This document shows, one piece after another, positions 10,326 to 20,213 of a DNA stretch of 64,000 nucleotides. Under the pieces are notes generated by a model, which saw only the letters and a program-made list of their open reading frames with translations, had not been told where the DNA came from and searched no databases. This DNA comes from a bacterium (GTDB lineage Bacteria > RBG-13-61-14 > DATKZS01): assembly GCA_963674965.2 (NCBI GenBank), contig CAXXFL010000006.1, positions 288,001 through 352,000 on the forward strand, given 5' to 3'. How positions within the stretch are numbered: the first letter of the stretch is position 1; each line of letters opens with the position of its first letter. The position numbers and the translations under genes are program-made.

Positions 10326-10985
10326 TTATTTATATTTAGACCTATTGCAGGACTCAAGCCACCTATCATATTCAGCGAAAGAAGAAAATCGCCAGAACGA
10401 CTCCTGTTTCTGTGCTGCTAGAGATTCGTAGGAGTCAGGAGAAAAACCATAGATGTTAATGACTATTCTGCGTTTCTTCGCTAATATTTCTTCCGGCAGC
10501 CCGAATGTGCCGTGAGCGTTTTCGATCGGGAGGGGCGGATCGTCTTTTCCTCCCATTCCATTGTCGCAGTAAGCGAACATCCACAATTCGGAGACGCGCA
10601 CGGACTGTTTTTTCCATAGCGCGGCAACCGCAGCGCCTGTTTCTTCGTGCCTGAGGTGTCTCGTATATTCTCCGAACGGGCTGTGTGTGACAATAAGATC
10701 AAAACTTTTCGAGGGCAAAAGAGAAATTATCGCATTCTGGACATGCGCCTGGGAAAGAGGAGTCTGGTCAGGACGATCGTCCAGGTCCCCGATTATCGCA
10801 GTCGCCCCAAGCTCATTAGCGGCTTGCTGAAATTTAGGGCTCCTTTCCGGATCGCTGCCGCGGCAGAGCGAGACCACCGTCCAGCGCCATTGCTTGCGCA
10901 TGATGATCAAGCCCCCGGACCAGATGGTCTCGTCGTCGGGGTGCGCCACCACAACACAACCGGATAGAGAGTTTTGCTGTTTCAT
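10326..10985 (-). CDS. PIG-L/LmbE family de-N-acetylase
   Basis: VVAHPDDE and THSPFGEYTRHLRH metal-binding motifs. Confidence 0.85.
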   Translation of the reverse strand: MKQQNSLSGCVVVAHPDDETIWSGGLIIMRKQWRWTVVSLCRGSDPERSPKFQQAANELGATAIIGDLDDRPDQTPLSQAHVQNAIISLLPSKSFDLIVTHSPFGEYTRHLRHEETGAAVAALWKKQSVRVSELWMFAYCDNGMGGKDDPPLPIENAHGTFGLPEEILAKKRRIVINIYGFSPDSYESLAAQKQESFWRFSSFAEYDRWLESCNRSKYK

Positions 10986-11100
10986 GCAACCTTTCGTTGT
11001 TTCAAGTCTCTGTTGTTACAAGCGACCCCGGCGAAGAGTAAATAATGAACTTTTCACATTTTTCTTCCCGCAAAGGAGCAAGATGTAAAGCCCCCGACCG

Positions 11101-12579
11101 TCAGTGTGCCGGGCGCATGCAGTTGATTAAATCACTTACATTAACGGTTGCTATTTCAGATACGCTATCAGCAGTGGCGTAGGGAATAACCAACTTGTTA
11201 TTGTGGATGATTGCTCCGCAGGTATAAACAACATTGGGGACATAGCCCTCGCGCGTATCCTCATGCGGCGAAATAAGGGGCTCGTCCAGGCGCGCAATGA
11301 TTTTTCTCGGGTTTTCAAGATCAAGCAGCATGGCGCCAATGCAATACTGGCGCATGGGGCCGACCCCGTGGGTGAGCACTATCCATCCTTCATCTGTTTC
11401 CAGGGGCGAGCCGCAGTTGCCGATTTGGATAAACTCCCAGGGATGTTCGGGTTCCTGGAAGATTTCCGACTCCTGCCAGAAATAGATATTGTCTGAGAAC
11501 ATGATATGATTGTTTTCACCGTCCTGGCGAGAGAGCATGACGTATTGACCGTCTATTTTCCTGGGAAAAAGGGCCATCCCCTTGTTTTGTACAGCCTCGC
11601 CGTTGAGAGTTGTAACCTTGAATTTGATAAAGTTACTTGTTTCAATCAACTGTGGGAGAATATTAATATCGTTATAGGCCGTATAGGTCGCATAATAGGA
11701 AAACTCGCCGTTATCATCGATAAATTTCACGAAGCGGGCGTCTTCAATTCCCCGACTTTCATTTTTTGAAACGGGAAAGATGACCCGTTCGGATATCAGG
11801 CTGTCGGGTTCGAAATCCATACTGTAATTGGATTTCGCAAGCCAGAAAATGAGTTCGAAGGTTTCTATCGATATCGGCTCGGCGAAAACTAATTTAGCGC
11901 GAATCTTCGCGCTTATTTCTTTCAGTTCATTATAGGTGAAATAGTCCGGCAAATGGTCAAGAAGATTAGACGCCATCTCATTGTCCGCTTCCATTTCATT
12001 TAGCTTCAATAGAAAAGAATGCTTGTCGTAAACTGGTTTAATATGCTCTCGCGGGGTCTCGACATATTCGCTGATCGGGTCGAAAATAAAAGTGTTGAAT
12101 TTATCAATTATTCCGCTGCGAAACACGATCGAGGAAACGTGTCCTTCGCCGGTTGCCCTAAGGCTCATGATAAATCGAAGGCTGCCTTCGGGCAGGCCGC
12201 CTTGGTCGGGGTGGGGAACGATTGAAGGGTTAAAAAGCGCCGCTGATTCAATGGAATACTCAGAAGTGAAATAGGCCCCGATTAGCGCCCTTTTGGTTTC
12301 ACTTAGTACGGCGCCGGGCGGGACTAATGCCAACACCTTTTTCAGGTTGTGCTCAAAAATTCCCATTAGGTCCTTGTGCCGTTCACAAAAAATAAGTAAA
12401 ACTTGCGACAGAATATTTTCGGCTTTTTCTTCAGGCAGGTCTAATACGCGCTGAATGATGTTGCATATGCGATTTTTACCACCTGCATTATAGTACCTGG
12501 TAATGACGCGTGAACTGTCGCCTTTGATTCTTTTCTTTTTGCGTTTTACTTTTGGACAAGATAATTTATTTTGTGTCAT
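11101..12579 (-). CDS. Glycoside hydrolase family 130 (glycosidase/phosphorylase)
   Basis: ALFNPSIV, GIEDARFV, NKGMALFPRKI, GNCGSP, REGYVPNVVYTCG. Confidence 0.88.
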   Translation of the reverse strand: MTQNKLSCPKVKRKKKRIKGDSSRVITRYYNAGGKNRICNIIQRVLDLPEEKAENILSQVLLIFCERHKDLMGIFEHNLKKVLALVPPGAVLSETKRALIGAYFTSEYSIESAALFNPSIVPHPDQGGLPEGSLRFIMSLRATGEGHVSSIVFRSGIIDKFNTFIFDPISEYVETPREHIKPVYDKHSFLLKLNEMEADNEMASNLLDHLPDYFTYNELKEISAKIRAKLVFAEPISIETFELIFWLAKSNYSMDFEPDSLISERVIFPVSKNESRGIEDARFVKFIDDNGEFSYYATYTAYNDINILPQLIETSNFIKFKVTTLNGEAVQNKGMALFPRKIDGQYVMLSRQDGENNHIMFSDNIYFWQESEIFQEPEHPWEFIQIGNCGSPLETDEGWIVLTHGVGPMRQYCIGAMLLDLENPRKIIARLDEPLISPHEDTREGYVPNVVYTCGAIIHNNKLVIPYATADSVSEIATVNVSDLINCMRPAH

Positions 12580-12635
12580 AAGACATGACTCCTCAATTGA
12601 TGCAACAATTCATGATGACCCTGAGGTCTCCACTC

Positions 12636-13655
12636 TTATCGTTTGGTCTTTCCAATGACCGTTTCATAGACCTGAACATACTCGTCAACCATCCGGTCGA
12701 CGGTGAAATGCCGTTCAACGTGTCGACGGCAGCCCGCTCGGTCAAGATCATTGACGCGCGCCACGGCTTTGACGGCTTCGTCCACTGTTTCAACGAGAAA
12801 ACCGTTCTTTCCGTTTTCGATCAACTCGGGCATGCTGCCACGGTTAAAGGCGACCACTGGGGTACCGCATGCCATGGCCTCGATGACAGACAAGCCGAAA
12901 GGCTCGTTGAAGTTGATGGGATGCAAAAGAGCGCAGGACTTGCCCAGCAACTGGTTGCGCTCAGCCGGACCCACACTGCCGACATAGTTCGCCGGATCGG
13001 CATCCAAGTATGGTTTGACGTAACTTTGATAATACTCCTGGTCCTGGATGATTCCAGCCATGATCAATTTCTTATTGCAGGCTCTGGCGATTTCAAGGGC
13101 CTCGCGAGCACCCTTGTCATGGTGGATCCTTCCAAAAAAGATCAGATAGTCGTCAGGCTCCGAATTAAAATCGAACTGTTTGAGATCGATCCCATGATGG
13201 ATGGTTTTTATATAGTCAAGATCCAGGCAACGGTCGGCGTCGCTGATGGAAACATAGAAAGCTTTATTGTTGTATTTTTTATAAACCGGCAAGATCCTAG
13301 GCGAGGAGAACCCATGAATTGTGTTAATGATCGGGGTTGTGACCAGGCCGGAATAGGTCAAGGGCAGGAAGTCAAAATTGTTGTGAATAACATCGAAATT
13401 CTGGGCACGCTCAAACAATTCCGAAATGTGCAGGCACTCCCATACCTTTGGATCCAGGGATGGATCTTCTTCATATCCTTGCGGGCAGACAGCATGCAGT
13501 TTGCCGCTTGTCTCCGAATCACCGGTTGCAAAAAGGGTGACGTCATAGCCCCTCGAAACCAGTCCCTCGGTCAGAAGTGATACCACGGCTTCCCACGGAC
13601 CGTAGTGTCGTGGTGGCGTGCGCCAGGCGATCGGCGAGAGCATGGCAATGCGCAT
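12636..13655 (-). CDS. Glycosyltransferase family 4
   Basis: PPRHYGPWE, GRIHHDKG, EPFGLSVIEAMACGTPV. Confidence 0.92.
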   Translation of the reverse strand: MRIAMLSPIAWRTPPRHYGPWEAVVSLLTEGLVSRGYDVTLFATGDSETSGKLHAVCPQGYEEDPSLDPKVWECLHISELFERAQNFDVIHNNFDFLPLTYSGLVTTPIINTIHGFSSPRILPVYKKYNNKAFYVSISDADRCLDLDYIKTIHHGIDLKQFDFNSEPDDYLIFFGRIHHDKGAREALEIARACNKKLIMAGIIQDQEYYQSYVKPYLDADPANYVGSVGPAERNQLLGKSCALLHPINFNEPFGLSVIEAMACGTPVVAFNRGSMPELIENGKNGFLVETVDEAVKAVARVNDLDRAGCRRHVERHFTVDRMVDEYVQVYETVIGKTKR

Positions 13656-13670
13656 GACCGCTCCCTTATC

Positions 13671-15977
13671 CTAAGCGCTTGCAGGGGACGGCGGTTGTTT
13701 TAATACTTCATCATCGTAAAGCTTTTGCAGCGTCATCAGCGAAAGCAGCCATGCAAGCGTGGACTCAGCGCCTTCGTTCTGGTTGACGCCATCAGCCGTC
13801 AGCCCGTCACGGCAGCCACCGGTCTTGGGATCATAGAGCGGAATGTTGAGGTCGTTCTGTCCGAGAAACCAGTTAAAACACATGACCGCGTTTTCGATCC
13901 ATGTTTTATCCCGGGTTATGTTGTAGGCTTCCACACAGGCTTCGATTATGGCATTGGCCTCAATGGGCTGCTGGTCGAAACGGGTCTTGGCGCCTCCTTG
14001 TTCATACCATCCGTTGCTGCCTACGGGCGCAAAGTGACCGTTTTCGGTTTGGGTGCTGATAAGCCACGTGAGAGATTGGAGTCCCACATCTATCATGTCC
14101 TTTTGTTGCATCCAGTGGCCGGATAGCAGCAGGGCATGGGGCAGTTTGCCATTGGCATAGTTCAAAGAGTTTTCAAGCCAGGGCCAACCGTCTGTTTCAT
14201 TCTTTGTAAACTGATCAAAAAGTTTTTTTGCGAGAACTTCCTGGATCCTGCGCACCTCACTGTCGCCGGAAAATTTTTCCAGGTATGCATGAATTCCCAC
14301 CAGGGCAAAGGCGATGGCCCGGGGTGAATTAAAGTGCTCGACGGCTTTGAGCGTCTGGTTGAAGAGCGTCGCGCTGATAGCGAAATGTTCGGGGTTGCCG
14401 AGAAAACCCAAAGAGACGCCCAGGCACCAGAGTGTACGGGCGTGAGCATCTTCAGATCCCACCTCCGTAGTCCACTGACGCGGATAGGTCATAAAATCGC
14501 GAAACCGCCCATTTTCGATATTGAATGCGTACATCAGAAAACCGAGATACCGGCTGTAGAGGGAATCGAAAAAAACGCTTTCCTCGAGCAGGTATTTGCG
14601 GCCCATGGCCGCGACCATCAGCGCTCTGGCATTGTCGTCTACACAGTAGCCGTAGAGACGATTGGGGATGGTATAGGTGGCATGCTGCAATATACCCGTG
14701 TCGTCGGTAAGCGTTTTCAGGTGATTAAAATTAAGCTCCGGAAGCTCGAACTTGGTGATGGATTCAATGTTTTCATCATATGAGTGTCGAGGACGAGGAT
14801 GCCGGGAGCGGCTGATCTGGACCTTGCTGAAAACTTCGAGATATCTTCGGGATACCTCCTTCCAGATTGCCTCTCGACAAAATGTATAGGCCTTTTTGCG
14901 CATCTTTTGCAGTTTGACGTCGTTGTCCAGCAGGTCGTTGATTTGTTCAGCCATGGCGTCAGGGTTATTGAAGGGAACGATTATTCCCCTTCCTTCGGCA
15001 AGCATCTCGGCCGCATACCAATAGGGGGTCGAAATGACCGCTTTGCCCGTACCCATGGCATAGGCGAGCGTCCCGGAAGTGATCTGGGCTTCCTCAAGAT
15101 AAGGAGTCAAGTATAAATCGGCGGTGCCGAGAAACTCGCATAATTCTTTCAACTCTACAAAACGGTTTTGAAAAACCACGTGGTCGCTAATGTTGAGTTG
15201 GCGCACGAGTTGTTGCAGACTCAGACGGTATTCCTCACCGTGATGTTTAAAAATGTGCGGGTGGGTCGCTCCCAGGAGAATATAGGCAACGTCTGGATGT
15301 TTTTTGATGACTGCCGGAAGCGCTTTCAGGACGGTTTCAATGCCCTTATTGGGGGAGAGCAAACCGAAAGTAAGAAGCACTTTTTTGCCTTCCATGCCGA
15401 ATTGGTCTTTGTAAAAGCTGGGATCAATAAAAGGCGTATCTGGAATACCGTGATGGATAAAAACTATTTTCTCTTCCGGTACGGAATAGACATCCTGGAG
15501 GAGTTCAAAGGCCTTTCGGCTCATCACAACCAGTTTTTCAGACAGATTAGACAGCTTGCGCATGACTTCGCGATATTCGGGATCGGGGTCTTTCAAAACC
15601 GTATGCAGCGTTGTTACCACCGGCATGCGAAGATCTGCAAGCAATTTTAAGATATGGCTGCCGGCCGGGCCCCCGAAAATACCGTATTCATGCTGCACGC
15701 AGACAATGTCCGCATTGCTGATATTGAGATACTCCGATGCGACACTATAATCGGAAAGTTTTTTTTGGTTGATCTCAAATCGAACTTTTTCCGGATAGGC
15801 ATACCCCTCAGGTATGTCATTCATGGCCATCGCCCAGCAGTTAATATCAGGGGCCTCTTTCGACAAAGCCTCAACCAGATCAGTGGTGAATGTAGCAATG
15901 CCGCACCGCCTGGGTAAGTAGTTGCCGATTACGGCAACCGAGTCAATCCCTTCAAAATACCGAACAAGAGCATTCAT
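13671..15977 (-). CDS. Glycosyltransferase family 4 fused to a C-terminal (alpha/alpha)6 glycosidase-like domain
   Basis: YLPRRCGIATFT, QHEYGIFGG, SGTLAYAMG; C-terminal DDTGILQHA, GYCVDDNAR, FDQQP, NEGAESTL. Confidence 0.9.
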   Translation of the reverse strand: MNALVRYFEGIDSVAVIGNYLPRRCGIATFTTDLVEALSKEAPDINCWAMAMNDIPEGYAYPEKVRFEINQKKLSDYSVASEYLNISNADIVCVQHEYGIFGGPAGSHILKLLADLRMPVVTTLHTVLKDPDPEYREVMRKLSNLSEKLVVMSRKAFELLQDVYSVPEEKIVFIHHGIPDTPFIDPSFYKDQFGMEGKKVLLTFGLLSPNKGIETVLKALPAVIKKHPDVAYILLGATHPHIFKHHGEEYRLSLQQLVRQLNISDHVVFQNRFVELKELCEFLGTADLYLTPYLEEAQITSGTLAYAMGTGKAVISTPYWYAAEMLAEGRGIIVPFNNPDAMAEQINDLLDNDVKLQKMRKKAYTFCREAIWKEVSRRYLEVFSKVQISRSRHPRPRHSYDENIESITKFELPELNFNHLKTLTDDTGILQHATYTIPNRLYGYCVDDNARALMVAAMGRKYLLEESVFFDSLYSRYLGFLMYAFNIENGRFRDFMTYPRQWTTEVGSEDAHARTLWCLGVSLGFLGNPEHFAISATLFNQTLKAVEHFNSPRAIAFALVGIHAYLEKFSGDSEVRRIQEVLAKKLFDQFTKNETDGWPWLENSLNYANGKLPHALLLSGHWMQQKDMIDVGLQSLTWLISTQTENGHFAPVGSNGWYEQGGAKTRFDQQPIEANAIIEACVEAYNITRDKTWIENAVMCFNWFLGQNDLNIPLYDPKTGGCRDGLTADGVNQNEGAESTLAWLLSLMTLQKLYDDEVLKQPPSPASA

Positions 15978-16076
15978 ACCTACTCCTCAAGGGCTATTTA
16001 AGAGGACACCAGCTCTCTAAAACACTTCCCAAACAACTAATTATGCTTACTTATTAATAAACTGACAGGCCATCCG

Positions 16077-16595
16077 TCATTTCAAGACAAAGCGTCTAGT
16101 CCTTTGGTCCTTCGGTTCATAGGTCTCGATCTTTTGATCTTCGAAACGGATGGCCAGTGCGTGAGGATTATTCCAATCCCCGCCGGTTCTCGACTGCGGC
16201 TCCGCCTGGGCCCGGGTTTCCTTCTGCAAGACGACGATCGCCGACTCAATATGACTCACTAGAGCCGGCGTCGAAAAGGGCTTGGGCAAAAACGAGTATC
16301 CCCCTCGATCAATGACTGCTTGACTCAGGATAACTGGGTCATCCCCGGAAATTACAATAACCGGCAGTTTGGGGCGAAGACGACTGAACTCGCTCAACAA
16401 GTCCAGGCCTCTGCCGTCGTGAAGACCCACGTCCAGTATCGCGGCATCGGGAATATATTGGTTGTATATTCTGCGCGCTTCCGCCAGTGAGTGGGCGAGC
16501 ATGAACCTCCACTGGGGTCGGATTTCATTCATATACCGAGTGGCGGTCTTGACCAGGTCGATGTTGTCATCCAAAAATAGCAGCTTCGTGGGCAT
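16077..16595 (-). CDS. Single-domain response regulator (receiver with C-terminal tail)
   Basis: LLFLDD, AILDVGL, VISG, FLPKPF; start chosen at 16595 after RBS AGGAAGGAG. Confidence 0.85.
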   Translation of the reverse strand: MPTKLLFLDDNIDLVKTATRYMNEIRPQWRFMLAHSLAEARRIYNQYIPDAAILDVGLHDGRGLDLLSEFSRLRPKLPVIVISGDDPVILSQAVIDRGGYSFLPKPFSTPALVSHIESAIVVLQKETRAQAEPQSRTGGDWNNPHALAIRFEDQKIETYEPKDQRTRRFVLK

Positions 16596-16637
16596 GATAG
16601 TTACTCCTTCCTGTGTTGAGGGCATTTCCCGCGCCTG

Positions 16638-17098
16638 ACCGAATGCTCATCTTTGTCTCCAGGGATAACGACCCCTTTAAGTAGTAATTCTTTTCCCCTT
16701 AATCCCGTCACCAGTATCTTATGCTTATCGTTGTCCCTGGTAATTATTATTCATACATCATGCCAATTGTCTAAGTACCTGATATTTTGTCATTCACTAA
16801 CACCATGGGCCATGTCTTGGAACGAGGAATTCCGATTTTTGCGTGTGTTGCGGTTTCCAAAGGTGGTGAGAAAAATGGATAGGGGAAAGTTTGCCTGTAC
16901 CGCGCCTTCCCGAGTTTATCCCCGGCAGGCGGAAATGATTGAAAAAGTTAGCATTATATTCTGTCTTAATCCGTGGAATCAGGAGAGGGACGTATAAAGG
17001 ATTGAAAATTGCGAACGAAGGGTTTGGACCTCAAAGTTCCGATTCTTTCTTCTTAACCTTGCGGCCGGAGGGTTTATATTTGGCTTTATCTATCTTAT
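16638..17098. repeat. Regulatory cassette copy 3 (upstream of response regulator-glycosyltransferase cluster)
   Basis: Near-identical to copy 2; sigma54-type motif 16750-16766, palindromes 16819-16833 and 17026-17040; homology resumes after the IS at 18472-~18551. Confidence 0.85.
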
Positions 17099-18471
17099 GA
17101 GCCTCTTGCAAAAGTCTCAGTGATGATGATTTTTCCAAAAAATAAGCCGACTCTTCGTGGTAAAATATTTGGTGCAAGCCAAAATATCGACCACGGGAGC
17201 GGCTTAATGAATAAGATATCACAAGTATGGGGCCACATTCAATCCTCTTTGTTTCCTTTTCTCGAGGAAGAGCTCGACCCTCTGACCGAGAAGCAAAAAA
17301 AGCTCGTGGCGATCCTCGAGATGATCCGCATCGAGGACTTCCTGCCCCCTCGCTGGTGGCATCGGGGCCGACCGTCCAAGGACCGCGTCGCCTTGGCGAA
17401 GGCCTTCGTGGCCAAGACGGTTTACAACTGCTCGGCCACCCGCGAGTTGATGGACCTTCTCGCGTCGACGCCGAACCTCCGCCGCCTTTGCGGCTTCGAG
17501 AGCGTACGCGCCATCCCGAGCGAGGCGACCTTCTCCCGCGCCTTCGCCGAGTTCGCCGACAACTCGCTCGCGGCCCGCGCCCACGAGGCCTTGATACGAA
17601 CGTATCATGGCGAACGTTTGGTCGGCCACATCAGCCGCGACGCCACCGACATCGAGGCCCGCGAGAAGCCCGCTCGCAAAGCCAAGAAGCGGCCCCAGCC
17701 GAATCGCAAGCGCGGCCGGCCCCGGAAGGGCGAGGAGCGGCCGGCGCCCGAGCCGACCCGGCTGGAGCGGCAGGAGTCGATGGACCTCGGCGAGATGCTG
17801 GCCGATTTGCCCGCGGCTTGCGACTGGGGCGCGAAACAAAAAAACGGTAGAGTATTTCATTGGAAGGGCTACAAGCTGCACGTGGACTGGGCCGACGGCG
17901 AGGTCCCGGTGAGCGCGGTTTTAACTTCCGCTTCCGTTCACGACAGCCAGGTCGCGATCCCGCTGGCCGAGATCAGCGCCGAACGGGTGACGAGTTTGTA
18001 CGACCTGATGGACTCGGCCTACGACGCCGGCCTGATCAAGGCGCACTCGAAATCGCTGGGCCACGTCCCGATCGTGGACCCCAACCCTCGCGGCGGCCGG
18101 AAGATCGAGATGGCCCCGGCGGACAAGCGCCGTTACGACGAGCGTTCGACGGCGGAGCGCGGTTTCTCGATGTTGAAGGAGAGCTTCGGCGGAAGGAATG
18201 TCCGTGTTCGCGGGCACGGCAAAGTCGAGGCCCACCTTATGTTCGGGCTTTTGGCTTTGGCGGCGGAGCGATTATTGAATTTTCTGATGTAAATGTGGGA
18301 GAAAAACCGGTGAATTTGGAGAATTGACGGACGAGCGCGCCCGAATTTTGGGTCCGCTTCGAGGAACGCGGAAAAATTTGGTCGATAACATGCAATCTCG
18401 ATGAAAACCGTCATGGAGATTCAAGGCGAGGTCCCCGACATGGCGGTCCGAAAGGTTTTTGCAAGAGGCTC
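17099..18471 (+). mobile_element. IS5/IS1182-like insertion sequence
   Basis: Terminal IRs GAGCCTCTTGCAAAA / TTTTGCAAGAGGCTC; single DDE transposase; target duplication ambiguous (TTAT/TAAT). Confidence 0.88.
17207..18292 (+). CDS. DDE transposase (DUF772 + DDE_Tnp_1 type)
   Basis: LRRLCGF..IPSEATFSR, SRDATDI, GYKLH, LMDSAYD, RSTAERGFSMLKE. Confidence 0.9.
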   Translation: MNKISQVWGHIQSSLFPFLEEELDPLTEKQKKLVAILEMIRIEDFLPPRWWHRGRPSKDRVALAKAFVAKTVYNCSATRELMDLLASTPNLRRLCGFESVRAIPSEATFSRAFAEFADNSLAARAHEALIRTYHGERLVGHISRDATDIEAREKPARKAKKRPQPNRKRGRPRKGEERPAPEPTRLERQESMDLGEMLADLPAACDWGAKQKNGRVFHWKGYKLHVDWADGEVPVSAVLTSASVHDSQVAIPLAEISAERVTSLYDLMDSAYDAGLIKAHSKSLGHVPIVDPNPRGGRKIEMAPADKRRYDERSTAERGFSMLKESFGGRNVRVRGHGKVEAHLMFGLLALAAERLLNFLM

Positions 18472-18546
18472 TAATATTTTGTCAACAGCTTATTAAGTTG
18501 GCGGACCCCAATCCCCGCAGCCAGAGCAGATTCATCGATTCTTCCC

Positions 18547-18837
18547 TTGTATGCAGAATTGATAAATGTACGGCTTCAACTACTCCGTCTTATCCCCGGA
18601 ATCAAAATTGAACTGGTGGGAGGTGGCTGTTGCGGCATGGGCGGAACCTTTGGCGCAAGGAGCAAAAACTACGAAACCTCCATGAAAATCGGCGGCCCGG
18701 TTTTCGACGAAATCTTAAAAGCAACCCCTGACCTTGTAGTCACTGATTGTCTCGGTTGCAAACTCCAGATTCAGCACGGCACGTCCATTAAAACCACGCA
18801 TCCGATCTTGATCTTGAAACAGGCTTATGGGCTATAA
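18547..18837 (+). pseudogene. C-terminal CCG-domain fragment of a GlpC/HdrB-like Fe-S oxidoreductase
   Basis: CCGMGGTFG, VTDCLGCKLQI, HPI; 5' part replaced by regulator-remnant DNA. Confidence 0.75.
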
Positions 18838-18864
18838 TTAACAAACATGAAAGATAAACAGAAA

Positions 18865-20213
18865 GGGTCTTCCCAAGAATCTGTGGGTGTTCTTTGACAT
18901 AGTTTAGTTGAAAAGCACGGTCGTTTCAGGCTAATAGGGTTATGCGAAAACAATCCTGAAGCCTGAAGGAGTCGACCGTGCTTGTAGAGAGTCTTGTACG
19001 AGAAACGCTTGGCGTCAAGGATCACAAGGTTAAGAGCGTCAGCGGAGACGCGGCGGGGCTTACGGTTCTTATGGATCGCAAGAAGCTTCGGAAGCTCACC
19101 TGCTCTTGTTGCGGCTCTCGATCTTGGGTTTACGACACGCTTGCCGAGAGGACCTGGCGTCATGTTCCGTTGTGGGGCATCCCCGTGACCATCGTTTACA
19201 GCCCGCGCCGGGTGAACTGCCCAAATTGCGGCGTCAAGGTCGAGCAGGTCCCGTGGGGAATGGGCAAAAGTCGGCTCTCCCTGCCGCTGATCATCGTGCT
19301 CGCCGCCTGGGCCAGGCTCCTGGCCGTCGGCGTCGTGGCCGACCTTTTCGGCTTGAGTTGGTCCACGGTGGGGGCGGCGGTCAAGCACGCGGTGGCTTAC
19401 GGCCTCGAACACCGCGACGTTTCCGGCGTGCTTTACATCGGGATCGACGAGGTCTCTCGCAAAAAAGGCCACGTCTATCACGCCCAGGTTTACGAGATCG
19501 GCAAGAGGCGGCGTCTTTTGTGGTCCGGAGAGGGGCGCAAGAAAGAGACCCTGGAACGTTTTTTCGATGAACTTGGCGAGGAGGGGGTTGCCGCCATCCA
19601 GGGCGTCTGTTGCGACATGTGGGCGCCTTACGTGGACGTCATCAAGGAGAAGGCGCCCAAGGCGGTCCTTGTTTTTGACAAATTCCACCTTGTCCGCCAC
19701 TTGAACGACGCCGTGGACAAGGTGAGAAAAAAGGAAGCCGAGAAGCTCAAGGAAAAGGACCCGGAGCTTTTGAAGGGCACGAAATACATCTGGCTTAAAA
19801 ACCCCTGGAACCTGACGCCCAAACAGAAACAGCGGCTTGGTTACCTGGAGAGCATGAACCTTAAGATCAACCGCGCTTACCTTCTCAAGGAGAGCTTCCG
19901 TGAATTGTGGTCCTATCAGAGCAAGGGTTGGGCCAAGCGTTATTTGGACAAGTGGTTCTGGTGGGCGACCCACTCTCGCCTGGAACCGATGCGTGATTTT
20001 GCCTGGCTTCTTCGCCGTCATGAGGAAGACGTCCTTAATTGGTTCAACGTTCCGATCGATAATGGGGCGGTGGAGGCAATGAACAACAACGCCAAGGCCA
20101 TCAGTCACCGAGCCAGAGGTTACAGGAGCGAAAAATGGTTCACCCTGATACAATTACATTGCCTGGGTCAAATGCCCATGCCGGAATCCACCCACAGATT
20201 TGCGTGAGGAGCC
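18865..20213 (+). mobile_element. ISL3-family insertion sequence
   Basis: IRs GGGTCTTCCCAAGAATCTGTGGG / CCCACAGATTTGCGTGAGGAGCC; 8-bp DR AACAGAAA (18857-18864 / 20214-20221). Confidence 0.93.
18978..20207 (+). CDS. ISL3 transposase
   Basis: Zn-finger CSCC/CPNC, GIDE, CDMWAPY, DKFHLV, NGAVEAMNN, RGYR. Confidence 0.92.
   Translation: MLVESLVRETLGVKDHKVKSVSGDAAGLTVLMDRKKLRKLTCSCCGSRSWVYDTLAERTWRHVPLWGIPVTIVYSPRRVNCPNCGVKVEQVPWGMGKSRLSLPLIIVLAAWARLLAVGVVADLFGLSWSTVGAAVKHAVAYGLEHRDVSGVLYIGIDEVSRKKGHVYHAQVYEIGKRRRLLWSGEGRKKETLERFFDELGEEGVAAIQGVCCDMWAPYVDVIKEKAPKAVLVFDKFHLVRHLNDAVDKVRKKEAEKLKEKDPELLKGTKYIWLKNPWNLTPKQKQRLGYLESMNLKINRAYLLKESFRELWSYQSKGWAKRYLDKWFWWATHSRLEPMRDFAWLLRRHEEDVLNWFNVPIDNGAVEAMNNNAKAISHRARGYRSEKWFTLIQLHCLGQMPMPESTHRFA

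Larger units (their letters stand above)
17031..18551 (-). pseudogene. 3'-terminal remnant of a paralog of the sigma54 regulator, split by an IS
   Basis: 17031-17098 and 18473-18551 match 4203-~4350 ([14 protein letters not shown] / [21 protein letters not shown]). Confidence 0.75.

Noticed and set aside
12585-13580. 331-aa plus-strand ORF, also 4596-5492, 35175-35882, 61250-61939, 62567-63379
   Set aside because: Each lies opposite a well-supported gene and has no domain signature.
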